Positions 10,337 to 20,348 are shown, counted from the first letter of the stretch. The stretch is DNA of 64,000 bases from an uncultured Desulfatitalea sp. (GCA_963668675.2 CAXXMB010000001.1:800001-864000); one strand, 5' to 3'. A program made the numbers and translations. Notes: generated from the sequence alone by a model not told the origin.

Positions 10337-11307
10337 AGCGGGTATTGATTACAGGCGCTAATGGTTTTATAGGCCAAGCAATGTGCAATCATCTGCTGGC
10401 ACAGGAGTGGCAGGTTCTTGGTGCCATTCGTCGAAGCGATAGCCGTTGCGATCTGCCCAAAGGTACCTTGGCGTGTGTAGTGGGAGAAATTGGACCGCAT
10501 ACGCATTGGGATCGTTTTTTGAGGAATGTGGATACTGTCATTCATTTAGCCGCCAGGGTTCATCATCCAGAGGACAAATCACAAGCGATCGTAAAAAAAT
10601 ATCATGAAACAAATACGATAGGGACGGGGAGACTTCTGAAGGCAGCCATAAACTCAAAGGTGCGACGCTTTATTTTCGTTAGTTCTGTCAAGGTAAACGG
10701 CGAGGGAAGAGATAGACCTTATCGAGAAAACGATCCACCGGCGCCAGTTGATGCTTATGGAACAACAAAAGCAGATGCAGAGAATCTGGTGAATTTTTCC
10801 TGGAAAAAGGCAAAAATCGAAACCACCATTCTCAGACCACCTCTGGTATACGGAAAGGGTGTCAGGGCGAATTTTCTTCAGCTGATGAAACTGGTTGAAA
10901 AAGGCATGCCGATGCCCTTTGCTGCGATCGACAGTCAAAGAAGTTTTATCTACTTGGAAAATTTGATTCATGCCATTGACACCTGCATTTCACATAGACA
11001 TGCTGTTGGAAAAACATTCCTGGTTTGCGATGATGAAACAATGGCTATACCGGATCTCATTGGGCGACTATCACGTGCGATGGGCAAGCAAGCACGACTA
11101 TTCGCTGTCCCAAAAGGTCTGCTATCTCTGTTGGAACGAGTACCCGGAGCCGGTTCTTCGATATCGAAGGTAAACAGGGCATTGATCGTCGACAACAACA
11201 AAATTAGAGAAGAACTGGGATGGAACCCCTTATACAGTGTTGATGAAGGTATTAGAGAAACTGTCAAGTGGTATTTGGGACATGCTTCGTATGGTTGCGA
11301 CCGGTAA
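10333..11307 (+). CDS. NAD-dependent epimerase/4-reductase (WbpV/WbpK-like SDR)
   Basis: TGANGFIG, HLAARVH, SSVKVNGE, YGTTK and RPPLVYG; TTG start overlaps the upstream stop. Confidence 0.85.
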   Translation: MKRVLITGANGFIGQAMCNHLLAQEWQVLGAIRRSDSRCDLPKGTLACVVGEIGPHTHWDRFLRNVDTVIHLAARVHHPEDKSQAIVKKYHETNTIGTGRLLKAAINSKVRRFIFVSSVKVNGEGRDRPYRENDPPAPVDAYGTTKADAENLVNFSWKKAKIETTILRPPLVYGKGVRANFLQLMKLVEKGMPMPFAAIDSQRSFIYLENLIHAIDTCISHRHAVGKTFLVCDDETMAIPDLIGRLSRAMGKQARLFAVPKGLLSLLERVPGAGSSISKVNRALIVDNNKIREELGWNPLYSVDEGIRETVKWYLGHASYGCDR

Positions 11308-11885
11308 TGATGAGATACGAGCAAATAAAACGATGGTTTGACGTTACTTTAGGCGTTGTGCTTCTCGGAATATGCGCCTTTCCAATGCTACTTATCATGA
11401 TCGCAATCAAAAGGACGTCCGTTGGCCCCATTCTGTTTTGGTCATCTAGAGTCGGAATCGACAACCATCTATTTCGGATGCCCAAGTTTAGAACCATGCG
11501 AATCGATACACCTCCGATGGCAACACATCTCCTTAAGAATCCTGAAGCTTATGTAACCAGTATCGGAGTTTTCCTGCGAAAAACAAGTCTGGATGAACTG
11601 CCTCAGCTGATAAGTGTTATCAAGGGAGACATGAGCATAGTCGGCCCCCGACCGGCCCTTTACAACCAGGATGACCTGGTAAGTCTCAGAACCGCACGTG
11701 GAATTCATCGAATCCCTCCAGGGGTGACTGGATGGGCCCAAATTAATGGCAGAGACGAATTACCGATTCCAGTAAAGGTCGGTTTCGATGAATATTATCT
11801 TAATCGTCACTCCATGGCATTTGACATTAAAATTGTCGCTTTGACAATCTTTAAAGTCGTCAGGAAAGAAGGCGTCAATCATTAA
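11307..11885 (+). CDS. Initiating phosphoglycosyltransferase (Bac_transf/PglC-like sugar transferase)
   Basis: KRWFD, KFRTM, LRKTSLDELPQL, GDMSIVGPRP and PGVTGWAQING. Start placed at the ATG overlapping the upstream TAA (TAATG). Confidence 0.9.
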   Translation: MMRYEQIKRWFDVTLGVVLLGICAFPMLLIMIAIKRTSVGPILFWSSRVGIDNHLFRMPKFRTMRIDTPPMATHLLKNPEAYVTSIGVFLRKTSLDELPQLISVIKGDMSIVGPRPALYNQDDLVSLRTARGIHRIPPGVTGWAQINGRDELPIPVKVGFDEYYLNRHSMAFDIKIVALTIFKVVRKEGVNH

Positions 11886-11904
11886 ACAACAGCCAGTGAT
11901 TTGA

Positions 11905-13869
11905 ATGGAAAAGAAAAAAATAAATAAAAACCTGTTGACCATAATCTTTTTGGATCTTCTTATTTTTTGGGGGTCTATCTACGTAAGCTATTTGCTTCGA
12001 TTTGATTTTTCCATACCCAAACCATTTCTAATAAGTTTGATCAAAGTACTGCCCTATATACTTGTCGCAAAACTGGTCATTTTCTACTTTTTCGATCTAT
12101 ACCGAGGTATGTGGCGCTATACGAGCATTGTCGATTTGATGAATATTCTCAAGGCGACCACACTCAGTTCAATGTTCATAATGAGTGGCTTGCTGATGAT
12201 GACAAGGTTTAAAGGGTTTCCAAGGAGTGCTTATCTTATAGACTGGTTTCTTACGATCTTGCTTGTTGCCGGACTTAGGATGACAGTACGTTTTTGTTTC
12301 CAATTTTCAGAACAAAGGGTGGGCTTTGGATTCATCGCAGATGCCGTTAGCAACCTCATCAGGAAGGAGAAGCGAAAGGCCAAGAATTTGATTATCATCG
12401 GGGCCGGCAGTTGTGGAGAAATTATTCTTAGAGAAATGATCAATAACTCGGTACTCAATTATCGCGTTCTTGGATTTTTAGATGATAATCCCGCAAAACA
12501 CGGAAAGAAAATCCACGGGATTAGGGTGCTTGGCGCAGTAGAGCAGATCGATCAGTTCGTGAGAGCCTATTCTGCCGATGAGATTTTGATAGCCATACCA
12601 TCGGCTAGTGCCAAACAGATGCGTAGGATTGTTCGATTATGTAAAAAAACCGAAATCACATATAAAACACTTCCCAATTACGGTGAACTGATCAATGGCA
12701 GCATCACGGTCCATTCTATCCGCGAAGTGGCTTATCAGGATCTAATTGGAAGAGAGGTCGTAAAACTGGATGAGATCAGTATTAAGAAGGGGATTGCCGG
12801 GCGCGTTATACTGGTAACCGGAGCTGCCGGTTCAATTGGCTCGGAGCTATGCCGTCAGTTGTGCCGGTACGATCCTGAGAAAATTGTGCTCTTCGACCGG
12901 GCGGAAAGCCCGTTGTACAATTTAGAGTTGGAACTTTCAAAAACGTTCCCCACAGTGGTTCTGCATCCGATCTTGGGAGATATTCTAAACACGGGACAAT
13001 TGGATCGAGCTTTCAGTGATCATGAACCTAAGCTTGTGTTTCATGCGGCTGCTTACAAGCATGTCCCTGTGCTGGAACTTCAACCATGGAATGCGGTTGG
13101 TAACAATATCCTTGGCACCATGAACGTTGTAAATTCTGCCAAAGCAAACGGTGTCGAACGATTCGTATTTGTCTCAACAGACAAGGCAGTGCGGCCGACC
13201 AATGTTATGGGAGCCACCAAACGTGTGAGTGAAATGCTCGTCCAATGCCAGAAAGCTGAAAAAAACAACACAACACTTTTTATGACGGTACGCTTCGGTA
13301 ATGTGGTGGGCAGTGTGGGCAGTGTGGTGCCTCTTTTCAGAAAACAGATTGCCAATGGAGGCCCTGTAACGGTAACACATCCGGAGGTGACCAGGTTTTT
13401 CATGACCATTCCGGAGGCAAGTCAATTGATCCTCGAAGCAAGCACAATGGGAAACGGGGGGGAAATATTTATACTGGACATGGGGACGTCCATTAAAATT
13501 GATGACATGGCTAAGGATTTGATCCGTCTTTCCGGTTTTGAGCCGGATGTGGACATTTCCATTGAATATACCGGGCTCCGCCCTGGTGAGAAACTGCATG
13601 AAGAGCTAATAGACAAAGATGAGGGCCTTCTCCCCACCACCCATGAGAAAATCCTTGTGCTCGAGAGCAGGTCCTGCGACCTGAATTGGTTAACCGAAAA
13701 GATTGACAGGCTTGCTGACTTAGCTGTCAAGCAGGATGTCTCTGGCATCAAAACGACTTTAAAGCAAATTGTTTCAGAATACACAATTTCATCCGAGAAA
13801 TTAAAACATGATTCCACGAGTGATTCTTTAAAAATCCTGACCTTTCCAGGAGCCAAGATTGGAAAATAG
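11905..13869 (+). CDS. Membrane-anchored UDP-GlcNAc 4,6-dehydratase (PglF/WbpM/CapD-like)
   Basis: N-terminal TM segments, CoA-binding-like IIGAG, TGAAGSIGSEL, HAAAYKHVP, STDKAVRPTNVMGATK and GLRPGEKLHEEL. Confidence 0.92.
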   Translation: MEKKKINKNLLTIIFLDLLIFWGSIYVSYLLRFDFSIPKPFLISLIKVLPYILVAKLVIFYFFDLYRGMWRYTSIVDLMNILKATTLSSMFIMSGLLMMTRFKGFPRSAYLIDWFLTILLVAGLRMTVRFCFQFSEQRVGFGFIADAVSNLIRKEKRKAKNLIIIGAGSCGEIILREMINNSVLNYRVLGFLDDNPAKHGKKIHGIRVLGAVEQIDQFVRAYSADEILIAIPSASAKQMRRIVRLCKKTEITYKTLPNYGELINGSITVHSIREVAYQDLIGREVVKLDEISIKKGIAGRVILVTGAAGSIGSELCRQLCRYDPEKIVLFDRAESPLYNLELELSKTFPTVVLHPILGDILNTGQLDRAFSDHEPKLVFHAAAYKHVPVLELQPWNAVGNNILGTMNVVNSAKANGVERFVFVSTDKAVRPTNVMGATKRVSEMLVQCQKAEKNNTTLFMTVRFGNVVGSVGSVVPLFRKQIANGGPVTVTHPEVTRFFMTIPEASQLILEASTMGNGGEIFILDMGTSIKIDDMAKDLIRLSGFEPDVDISIEYTGLRPGEKLHEELIDKDEGLLPTTHEKILVLESRSCDLNWLTEKIDRLADLAVKQDVSGIKTTLKQIVSEYTISSEKLKHDSTSDSLKILTFPGAKIGK

Positions 13870-13938
13870 CAGGAAAGAAAAGAAAACTGTAACTGTCAGA
13901 GTTGCTACTGGAATCATAGATGGGGCTTTATATTAGAA

Positions 13939-15183
13939 ATGGAAATTCATGGAGACTTAAACTGCCATAATTCAAAAGCACATAAAATTGCATTGTTTAT
14001 TCTTAATTTCCCGTTGATATGGTCAGCTACTGGCATGTTTTGGTTTCCCAAAGGGGTCAACTATGTCCCACCATTAGTAATTGCTGCCTTTATATCATCG
14101 TTTTTTGTATTTGGATTCAAAGGGGTTCTTCGGCATTTAAAAACTAATCTTTTTGCTCTATTAGTATTTGCCATTTCTGCTTATAATATCTTCCAGTACC
14201 AATATCACGGAAGTAGCTCTCAAGAATTGAGAGCTTTCATCACATGCTTTGTATTTGTTGTTTGTTTTAACAGAATGGTGTTAAAGAGAAAACATATCTT
14301 TGCATTAATTTTTGTCGCATCGTGCGGTGTTTTAGTCACAACGGGAATACAATCATTCTATTTCTCTATATCGCGTGCACATGGTTTTATAAATCCGATT
14401 GTTTTTGCCACTTATTGTGCTTCTATTGCAGTTATGTGTTTCTGTATATTTTTGCACCTAAAAAATTTTAAATCCGGAAAATTATTTTTTGTTTTATTTC
14501 TTTTGTTAATAATATCTACACTATTAACAGGATCGCGAGGGGTGTGGTTAGCTTTGGCCACATCAGTTGTAATAATTTCAAGTTTTAAATTTAAAAGATC
14601 TATGCTGTCACCAAAAAAAACAATTGCCGTACTTTCCTTAGCTATTTTGATCTTTGCAATTATTCTTTATCCTCTAATCATCAAGCGTATTCAAAAGACA
14701 ACTTTTCAATTGAAGCAAATTAAATCCGGAGAAATGAACAACTCTATAGGTGCCAGAATCCAACTATGGTCATCCGCTATAGAGCTTGCAGTGATTTCTC
14801 CTGTCTTGGGGCTCGGGGACTCGCATTCAACTGAATTACATGATTTATATCTTAAGGGTGCTATCAACAAAAAAGTACTACAATATACACACTACCATAA
14901 CATATTTTTAGATACTTTGGTGAAAAAAGGTATAATTGGATTAATTTTGCTTCTTGCACTGTACATTTACCCATTGATTGTTTCCATTAGAAATACCAAC
15001 AGTTCTTGGCGTAAAGACATTTCTTTAGGACTGTTTATTATCTATTTGGTAAGCGGGTTGACTGATGTACCTATGAATCACGATAAAACAATTTATCTAT
15101 ATGTATTTTTTATATTGGCTGTAGCATTTCCTATAGGCCAAAAAAATGGTCTATGCTTGGAAAATTCTGGAATTGGATCCTGA
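13939..15183 (+). CDS. O-antigen ligase (WaaL-like)
   Basis: Polytopic protein with LTGSRGVWLA, SIGARIQLW and HYHNIFLDTLVKKG motifs; very AT-rich. Confidence 0.85.
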   Translation: MEIHGDLNCHNSKAHKIALFILNFPLIWSATGMFWFPKGVNYVPPLVIAAFISSFFVFGFKGVLRHLKTNLFALLVFAISAYNIFQYQYHGSSSQELRAFITCFVFVVCFNRMVLKRKHIFALIFVASCGVLVTTGIQSFYFSISRAHGFINPIVFATYCASIAVMCFCIFLHLKNFKSGKLFFVLFLLLIISTLLTGSRGVWLALATSVVIISSFKFKRSMLSPKKTIAVLSLAILIFAIILYPLIIKRIQKTTFQLKQIKSGEMNNSIGARIQLWSSAIELAVISPVLGLGDSHSTELHDLYLKGAINKKVLQYTHYHNIFLDTLVKKGIIGLILLLALYIYPLIVSIRNTNSSWRKDISLGLFIIYLVSGLTDVPMNHDKTIYLYVFFILAVAFPIGQKNGLCLENSGIGS

Positions 15184-15199
15184 TTAAAAGATTTTATTC

Positions 15200-15982
15200 A
15201 TGATAGAGATTTACATAATTAACCTTGAGTGTTCAGAGGCCCGCAGGAAAAATGCATTGTTTCAAGCAGACACAATGGGTTTGGAAATAAGAATTTTTAA
15301 AGCTATCGATGGCAAACGCCAAGACCATCCTTTGTTCAAAAATTACGATGACAATCTGAGGATGAGAAAAAAAGGCAAATCAATGACGCCAGCGCAGATC
15401 GGCTGTTTTGCCAGTCATTATCTACTCTGGGAAACATGCGCCAAGCGTTCAGAACCGGTCATTATACTAGAAGACGATGTTGATATATTCAATGATACTT
15501 TTTTAAAATTTTATCAATCTGTTCGTCTTCTGAACAAGAAATATGAATGTGTCAGGCTGTTTGACAACAAGTCCAAACATCATCGCGCAGTTGCAGTTGA
15601 ACGGATGAATGGTTTGGAAATTGCGAAGTTTACAAAAGGACACATGGGGACTACTGGATACTATTTAAACCCAAACGGTGCGAAGAAATTTATTAGAGGA
15701 GCGAAGAACTGGTTTCTGCCCGTTGACATTTACATGGATCGCTTTTGGGATCATCATGTTGAGTGTTATGGTACGATTCCTGCTTGTTTGACTAATGATA
15801 CAAAATTCCATTCTACAATTGCTTCTGATAGAGCAAAATCAGAAAAGCGTTCATTGGAAGTCAAAGTGCAGAGAGAAATATTCTCTGCTTGCGAGCAAAT
15901 TCGTAGAAGAATACACAATTTGAAATTTCAGACGAGCCTTTTTTGGGGTGATTTGAAAAACAATTTCAGATCCCATCAATAA
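15200..15982 (+). CDS. Glycosyltransferase family 25 (LPS biosynthesis)
   Basis: IINLECSEARR, AIDG, GCFASHYLLW, ILEDD and GTTGYYL motifs. Confidence 0.9.
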   Translation: MIEIYIINLECSEARRKNALFQADTMGLEIRIFKAIDGKRQDHPLFKNYDDNLRMRKKGKSMTPAQIGCFASHYLLWETCAKRSEPVIILEDDVDIFNDTFLKFYQSVRLLNKKYECVRLFDNKSKHHRAVAVERMNGLEIAKFTKGHMGTTGYYLNPNGAKKFIRGAKNWFLPVDIYMDRFWDHHVECYGTIPACLTNDTKFHSTIASDRAKSEKRSLEVKVQREIFSACEQIRRRIHNLKFQTSLFWGDLKNNFRSHQ

Positions 15983-16265
15983 CCTTAGAAAATTGCGGTT
16001 TAAAATAAATTACATTCTGGATCCTATCTCAAATAATTCCAGACACTATGGATATGATATTCGAGTAATGGAGAGAATAAAACAATCATCGTATAGTCAA
16101 CGCCATATCGGCACGGATGGATAGCAGAAAGCCCGTTTGAATGGCGCCCTCATTTTTGGGTATTTGATCGCTCAACATGAATCCCAGATAACCGTTAAAA
16201 ATTATAATGGTATTCAACTGATAATCAAAGAGGAATAAATTACTCTAAAATTATTGGACAAGCCC

Positions 16266-17507
16266 ATGAAGCAAAGTGAGTCAAGGCAACCGTTAAATCA
16301 TATAGACAATCTGGAGCAATTAATACAAAAAGGGACTAAGGTTCCTGAGCCCAAGAGTGTCTATGTCGGAGAAGATGTAGACATCGAGCGAATTTCAGGA
16401 GAGGGCGTAACGCTTTACCCAGGGACGAGGATTTGCGGGAAATCTTCATTTATTGCGAAGGGTGCCCAGATTAGTGCCGAGGGGACAGCAACCATTCTCA
16501 ACTGTTATATTGGCCCATATGCAGAACTGAAGGGCGGTTTTTTTAATGAATCGGTATTTTTAGCAAAAACCAGTTGCGGGCTGGGATCCCATGTCAGGGA
16601 AGGGACAATTTTGGAGGAGCAAGCCAGCATCGCCCATACAGTCGGGTTAAAACAGACGATACTTTTCCCTTTTGTCACCCTTGGAAGTCTTATCAATTTC
16701 TGTGATTGTTTTATGTCCGGCGGCACTGGGCGACAAAACCACAGTGAAGTGGGTAGTTCCTATATTCACTTCAATTTTACCCCCAATCAGGACAAGGCAA
16801 CGCCGTCTCTTATAGGTGATATCCCCAGAGGGGTTATGCTCAACCAGTCCCCTATTTTCCTGGGAGGGCAGGGGGGGTTAGTGGGCCCCAGTCGGTTGGA
16901 ATTTGGCACTGTGATAGCCGCTGGGACTATCAACCGAAAAGATCAGCTGAAAGAGAACCATCTTGTATTGGGGGAAAAATCGCGTAGCGGCAGTGTGCCA
17001 TATTCTACCGGCACCTACTACAATCTCAGACGTATTTTGCGTAACAATATAATATACATCGGAAATTTATATGCTTTGCGGCAGTGGTACATTCATGTCA
17101 GGTCCCAATTTACCGGGGACGATTTCGCACCGGAACTATTCGATGGACTAAAATCAACGCTAATGCTCGGCATATCAGAACGCATCAAACAACTTGGTCG
17201 CCTTGCTGACAAATTGGCGGAAACAAATGCCCATGATGGAATTCAGCACGATTTTCCGAAGGCCTGGCAAAAAATCGAATCCCGATTTGAGGCGCTGATC
17301 GACTTTTCTGGGAATGATGACGAAAGGGAGTCTTTCTTGGAGCAGATCGCGCGCCTAATAGGCCACCAAGGTAAAGACTATCTACGTGTGATAAAATCAC
17401 TGGACATGAATCAAAGGCAAGCAGGTACCGGGTGGCTTGATGAGATTGTTTCTAAAGTGGTACAAGAGACCTCGCAGTGCGTAACTTCCTTGGCTAAACG
17501 GCCTTAA
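16266..17507 (+). CDS. GlmU-related left-handed beta-helix protein lacking a nucleotidyltransferase domain (putative GlcN-1-P acetyltransferase)
   Basis: Resembles the GlmU C-terminal domain (GTKVPEPKSVYV, VTLYPG, SHVREGT, HFNF, IAAGTI); no GxGTR uridyltransferase motif; directly upstream of glmM. Confidence 0.6.
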   Translation: MKQSESRQPLNHIDNLEQLIQKGTKVPEPKSVYVGEDVDIERISGEGVTLYPGTRICGKSSFIAKGAQISAEGTATILNCYIGPYAELKGGFFNESVFLAKTSCGLGSHVREGTILEEQASIAHTVGLKQTILFPFVTLGSLINFCDCFMSGGTGRQNHSEVGSSYIHFNFTPNQDKATPSLIGDIPRGVMLNQSPIFLGGQGGLVGPSRLEFGTVIAAGTINRKDQLKENHLVLGEKSRSGSVPYSTGTYYNLRRILRNNIIYIGNLYALRQWYIHVRSQFTGDDFAPELFDGLKSTLMLGISERIKQLGRLADKLAETNAHDGIQHDFPKAWQKIESRFEALIDFSGNDDERESFLEQIARLIGHQGKDYLRVIKSLDMNQRQAGTGWLDEIVSKVVQETSQCVTSLAKRP

Positions 17508-17535
17508 TAAAATTGTAAAGTGAGACTTCACGGTT

Positions 17536-18885
17536 ATGGAAAGACTGTTTGGTACTGACGGAATCCGCGGGGTCGCCAATCGTTATCCGATGGATACCGA
17601 AACCGCATTGGCGGTAGGCCGGGCGGTAGCACTCCATTTTGGTGATGCACACCGATCGAAACCACACGTTGTAATCGGTCAGGACACACGTTTATCCGGG
17701 GATATGATTGCCAGGGCAGTTGCTGCGGGGGTTTGTTCGGCGGGTTTTGATGTCATGCCTCTGGATATATTGCCAACACCGGGCATTGCCCACATGGCGA
17801 AAGCGACAGGGGCTGCCGGCGGCATTGTGATTTCGGCGTCTCACAATCCGTATGAGGATAATGGGATAAAAGTCTTTGACGGTAAGGGGTATAAACTGTC
17901 GGAGGAGGCCGAAGCAAATATCGAGGCCATGGCACTGGGCGAAGTCCTGAACCAGGCGCTACCACCGTCGGACAAGGTTGGCAGGGTTCAAAGAATCAGA
18001 GAGCCAGGTGTTCAATATATCCAGTTTCTGAAAAGGGCCCTCAACCATCCTGAGTTCAATTCCCTGAATATTGTTCTTGATTGCGCCAATGGGGCCACAT
18101 ACAAAGTGGCGCCATTGTTATTCCAACAACTGGGTGCCCACATCATTCCACTGTTCTGTGAACCCGACGGAACCAATATCAATGCCGGCTGCGGGTCTCA
18201 GCATCCTGAAATCCTGGCTCAAACGGTGGTGGATCAAAAGGCCGATATCGGTTTGGCGTTTGACGGCGATGGCGATCGCCTCATCGCGGTAGATGAAACC
18301 GGCCGTGTGCTCACCGGTGATCAGATCATGGCCATCTGTGCCAAGGATCTCAATAAAAAAGGGGTGCTTTCGAACAAGCTGGTCGTGAGTACGGTGATGA
18401 GCAATATGGGCCTGGGGGCTGCGCTAAAAGAGATGGGCCTTCGGTGGTGCGCAGCGCAAGTTGGAGATCGTCACGTCATGGAGATGATGAAGGCCGAAGG
18501 GGCTATGTTGGGCGGTGAAGACTCCGGCCACATGATATTTCTAGACACACATACCACTGGAGATGGGATGATGGCCGGTTTGAGGCTGCTGGAGGCCATG
18601 CAATCGGAGAGGCAGCCGCTTTCGCAATTGGCCAGGGTCATGACCGTGTTCCCCCAGGAGCTGATCAATGTGGATGTCAACAGCAAGCCTGAACTAAGTG
18701 GCTTGCCACTCGTTAAAGAGACCATAGCCGATGTGGAAGCGAAACTCGGCGATCGAGGACGGGTGTTGGTGCGCTATTCCGGCACCCAGAATATGTGTCG
18801 GGTGATGGTGGAGGGACCGACCCAAAAAGAGACCCGGAACTATTGCCATCAGATTGCCAATGCGGTCAAACAGGCCATCGGATAA
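17536..18885 (+). CDS. glmM: Phosphoglucosamine mutase
   Basis: LFGTDGIRG, ISASHNPYEDNGIK, DGDGDR, GGEDSGH and VRYSGT motifs. Confidence 0.95.
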   Translation: MERLFGTDGIRGVANRYPMDTETALAVGRAVALHFGDAHRSKPHVVIGQDTRLSGDMIARAVAAGVCSAGFDVMPLDILPTPGIAHMAKATGAAGGIVISASHNPYEDNGIKVFDGKGYKLSEEAEANIEAMALGEVLNQALPPSDKVGRVQRIREPGVQYIQFLKRALNHPEFNSLNIVLDCANGATYKVAPLLFQQLGAHIIPLFCEPDGTNINAGCGSQHPEILAQTVVDQKADIGLAFDGDGDRLIAVDETGRVLTGDQIMAICAKDLNKKGVLSNKLVVSTVMSNMGLGAALKEMGLRWCAAQVGDRHVMEMMKAEGAMLGGEDSGHMIFLDTHTTGDGMMAGLRLLEAMQSERQPLSQLARVMTVFPQELINVDVNSKPELSGLPLVKETIADVEAKLGDRGRVLVRYSGTQNMCRVMVEGPTQKETRNYCHQIANAVKQAIG

Positions 18886-18968
18886 CAGAAGGGAAAACTC
18901 TCACAAAAAGCAACGGGCTGATGTCGAGGGTGAGTTGCGCTTGTGATGACCCTCATTAAGAAACAAAG

Positions 18969-19015
18969 AAAGCCTCTGGAGCCGAATCTACGTGCACCAG
19001 AGGCTTTTCTGTTTT
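18969..19015. terminator. Probable bidirectional intrinsic terminator
   Basis: AAAGCCTCTGG (18969-18979) pairs with CCAGAGGCTTT (18997-19007), with A- and T-rich flanks, between convergent genes. Confidence 0.65.
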
Positions 19016-19044
19016 AATTTTAAGATGTTTAGATCGCACCAATC

Positions 19045-19746
19045 TTAACGTCGATTGCCCCCCAAGATCATCAGCAGGTACTGGAACATGAGAATAAAAT
19101 CCAGATAGAGCTTCAATGCGCCGATGATCGCACCTTTTCGCACAACCCCGGCATCCAGTCCGGCCGGTTGGCTCAGTGCCATGGCCTTGATCTGCTGGGT
19201 GTCATAGGCGGTCAGGCCGGCGAACACCAGTACGCCGATATAGCTGATGATCATCAGCATACCGTATGAGCCGATAAAGATATTGACTACCGATGCGATA
19301 AGTATCCCGATGACGCCCATGAAAAGAAAGCTTCCAAGGCCGGTCAGGTCGCGTTTGGTGGTCCAGCCGTAGATGCTGAGGGCGAGGAACATCGCTGCAC
19401 AAATGAAGAAGGTCGAGGCGATTGTCTCACCGGTATACATGATCAATAACAGTGACAGTGTCGCACCGTTTAGTGCGCTGTAGACCATGAACATTCCTGT
19501 TGCTGTGGTTGCTTGAAGCTTCTGGATGCGCGCGGAAAGGATGAACACCAGCGCCAGTTCGCCGATGAAAAAGAGCCAACGTGCTTGATAGACAAATTTG
19601 AGTGCCGACTCATTGTGGGTCACAAAATAGGCCACAACGCCGGTAAGGGCCAATCCAAGGGCCATCCAGTTATAAACGCCGCGAACGAATGCGTTAACTC
19701 GGGTTTTAACCTCAGTTTGAGTCATGGAGTACGGTTGGGGCTGCAT
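19045..19746 (-). CDS. Bax inhibitor-1/YccA family membrane protein
   Basis: VYNWMALGL, YGWTTKRDL, FAGLTAYDTQQIK and GALKLYLDFI motifs; GAGGAGG RBS before ATG 19746. Confidence 0.9.
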   Translation of the reverse strand: MQPQPYSMTQTEVKTRVNAFVRGVYNWMALGLALTGVVAYFVTHNESALKFVYQARWLFFIGELALVFILSARIQKLQATTATGMFMVYSALNGATLSLLLIMYTGETIASTFFICAAMFLALSIYGWTTKRDLTGLGSFLFMGVIGILIASVVNIFIGSYGMLMIISYIGVLVFAGLTAYDTQQIKAMALSQPAGLDAGVVRKGAIIGALKLYLDFILMFQYLLMILGGNRR

Positions 19747-19924
19747 GAAAGAATCCTCCTCTTTGCGTTTTTGAACTGGCGTCAATATAAACACAACTTT
19801 CTTTCATTACAAGGGGAAAGCTGTTATAGATTCTTTCAATCTTCAGTGCTGCCGATGCTCGATTTTTAAAGGAATTCAGTTCAATTATGGCGATGCGTCA
19901 TGCTTGCGTGTTTGGGGGGACGGA

Positions 19925-20242
19925 ATGAAACCCGAGCAACTCTATCAGGAATTGAAGCACCTGGCTGAAAAGTTAAACCTGACCGTTTCAGAACAGAATT
20001 TTCGTAACACCGGTATCCATGTCAAAAGCGGATACTGCAAAGTCAAGGGAGAGGATCATTGCATCATCGACAAACACCTTCGTGTGAATCAAAAGATGGA
20101 GGTGTTGGGAGAGTGCCTCTGCGCGTTGCCCCATGAAACGATTTATGTCATTCCAGCGGTGAGAGAGTACATTGATCGCTTCAAGTCGTTCAGCGAGACC
20201 CACGGGGAGTCCGATAGTGAGGATCAGCAACCTTCTGATTAA
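19925..20242 (+). CDS. Hypothetical protein
   Basis: 105-aa ORF with GG-rich RBS; protein-like sequence (KSGYCKVKG, IYVIPAVREY); function unknown. Confidence 0.65.
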   Translation: MKPEQLYQELKHLAEKLNLTVSEQNFRNTGIHVKSGYCKVKGEDHCIIDKHLRVNQKMEVLGECLCALPHETIYVIPAVREYIDRFKSFSETHGESDSEDQQPSD

Positions 20243-20243
20243 A

Positions 20244-20271
20244 AGTTTACATAATATATCTTATCAGACAC
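20244..20271 (-). other. dif: dif site (XerC/XerD chromosome dimer resolution site)
   Basis: The minus strand reads GTGTCTGATAA-GATATA-TTATGTAAACT, an 11-6-11 layout like E. coli GGTGCGCATAA-TGTATA-TTATGTTAAAT. It is intergenic, and the KOPS found converge on it from both sides. Confidence 0.85.
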
Positions 20272-20348
20272 TAGTGATATTATCATTAGATCCACGAAAA
20301 ACTTTCTATTTTTAATCTATTCCCATAATTCCCAGGCCATGCATCGGA

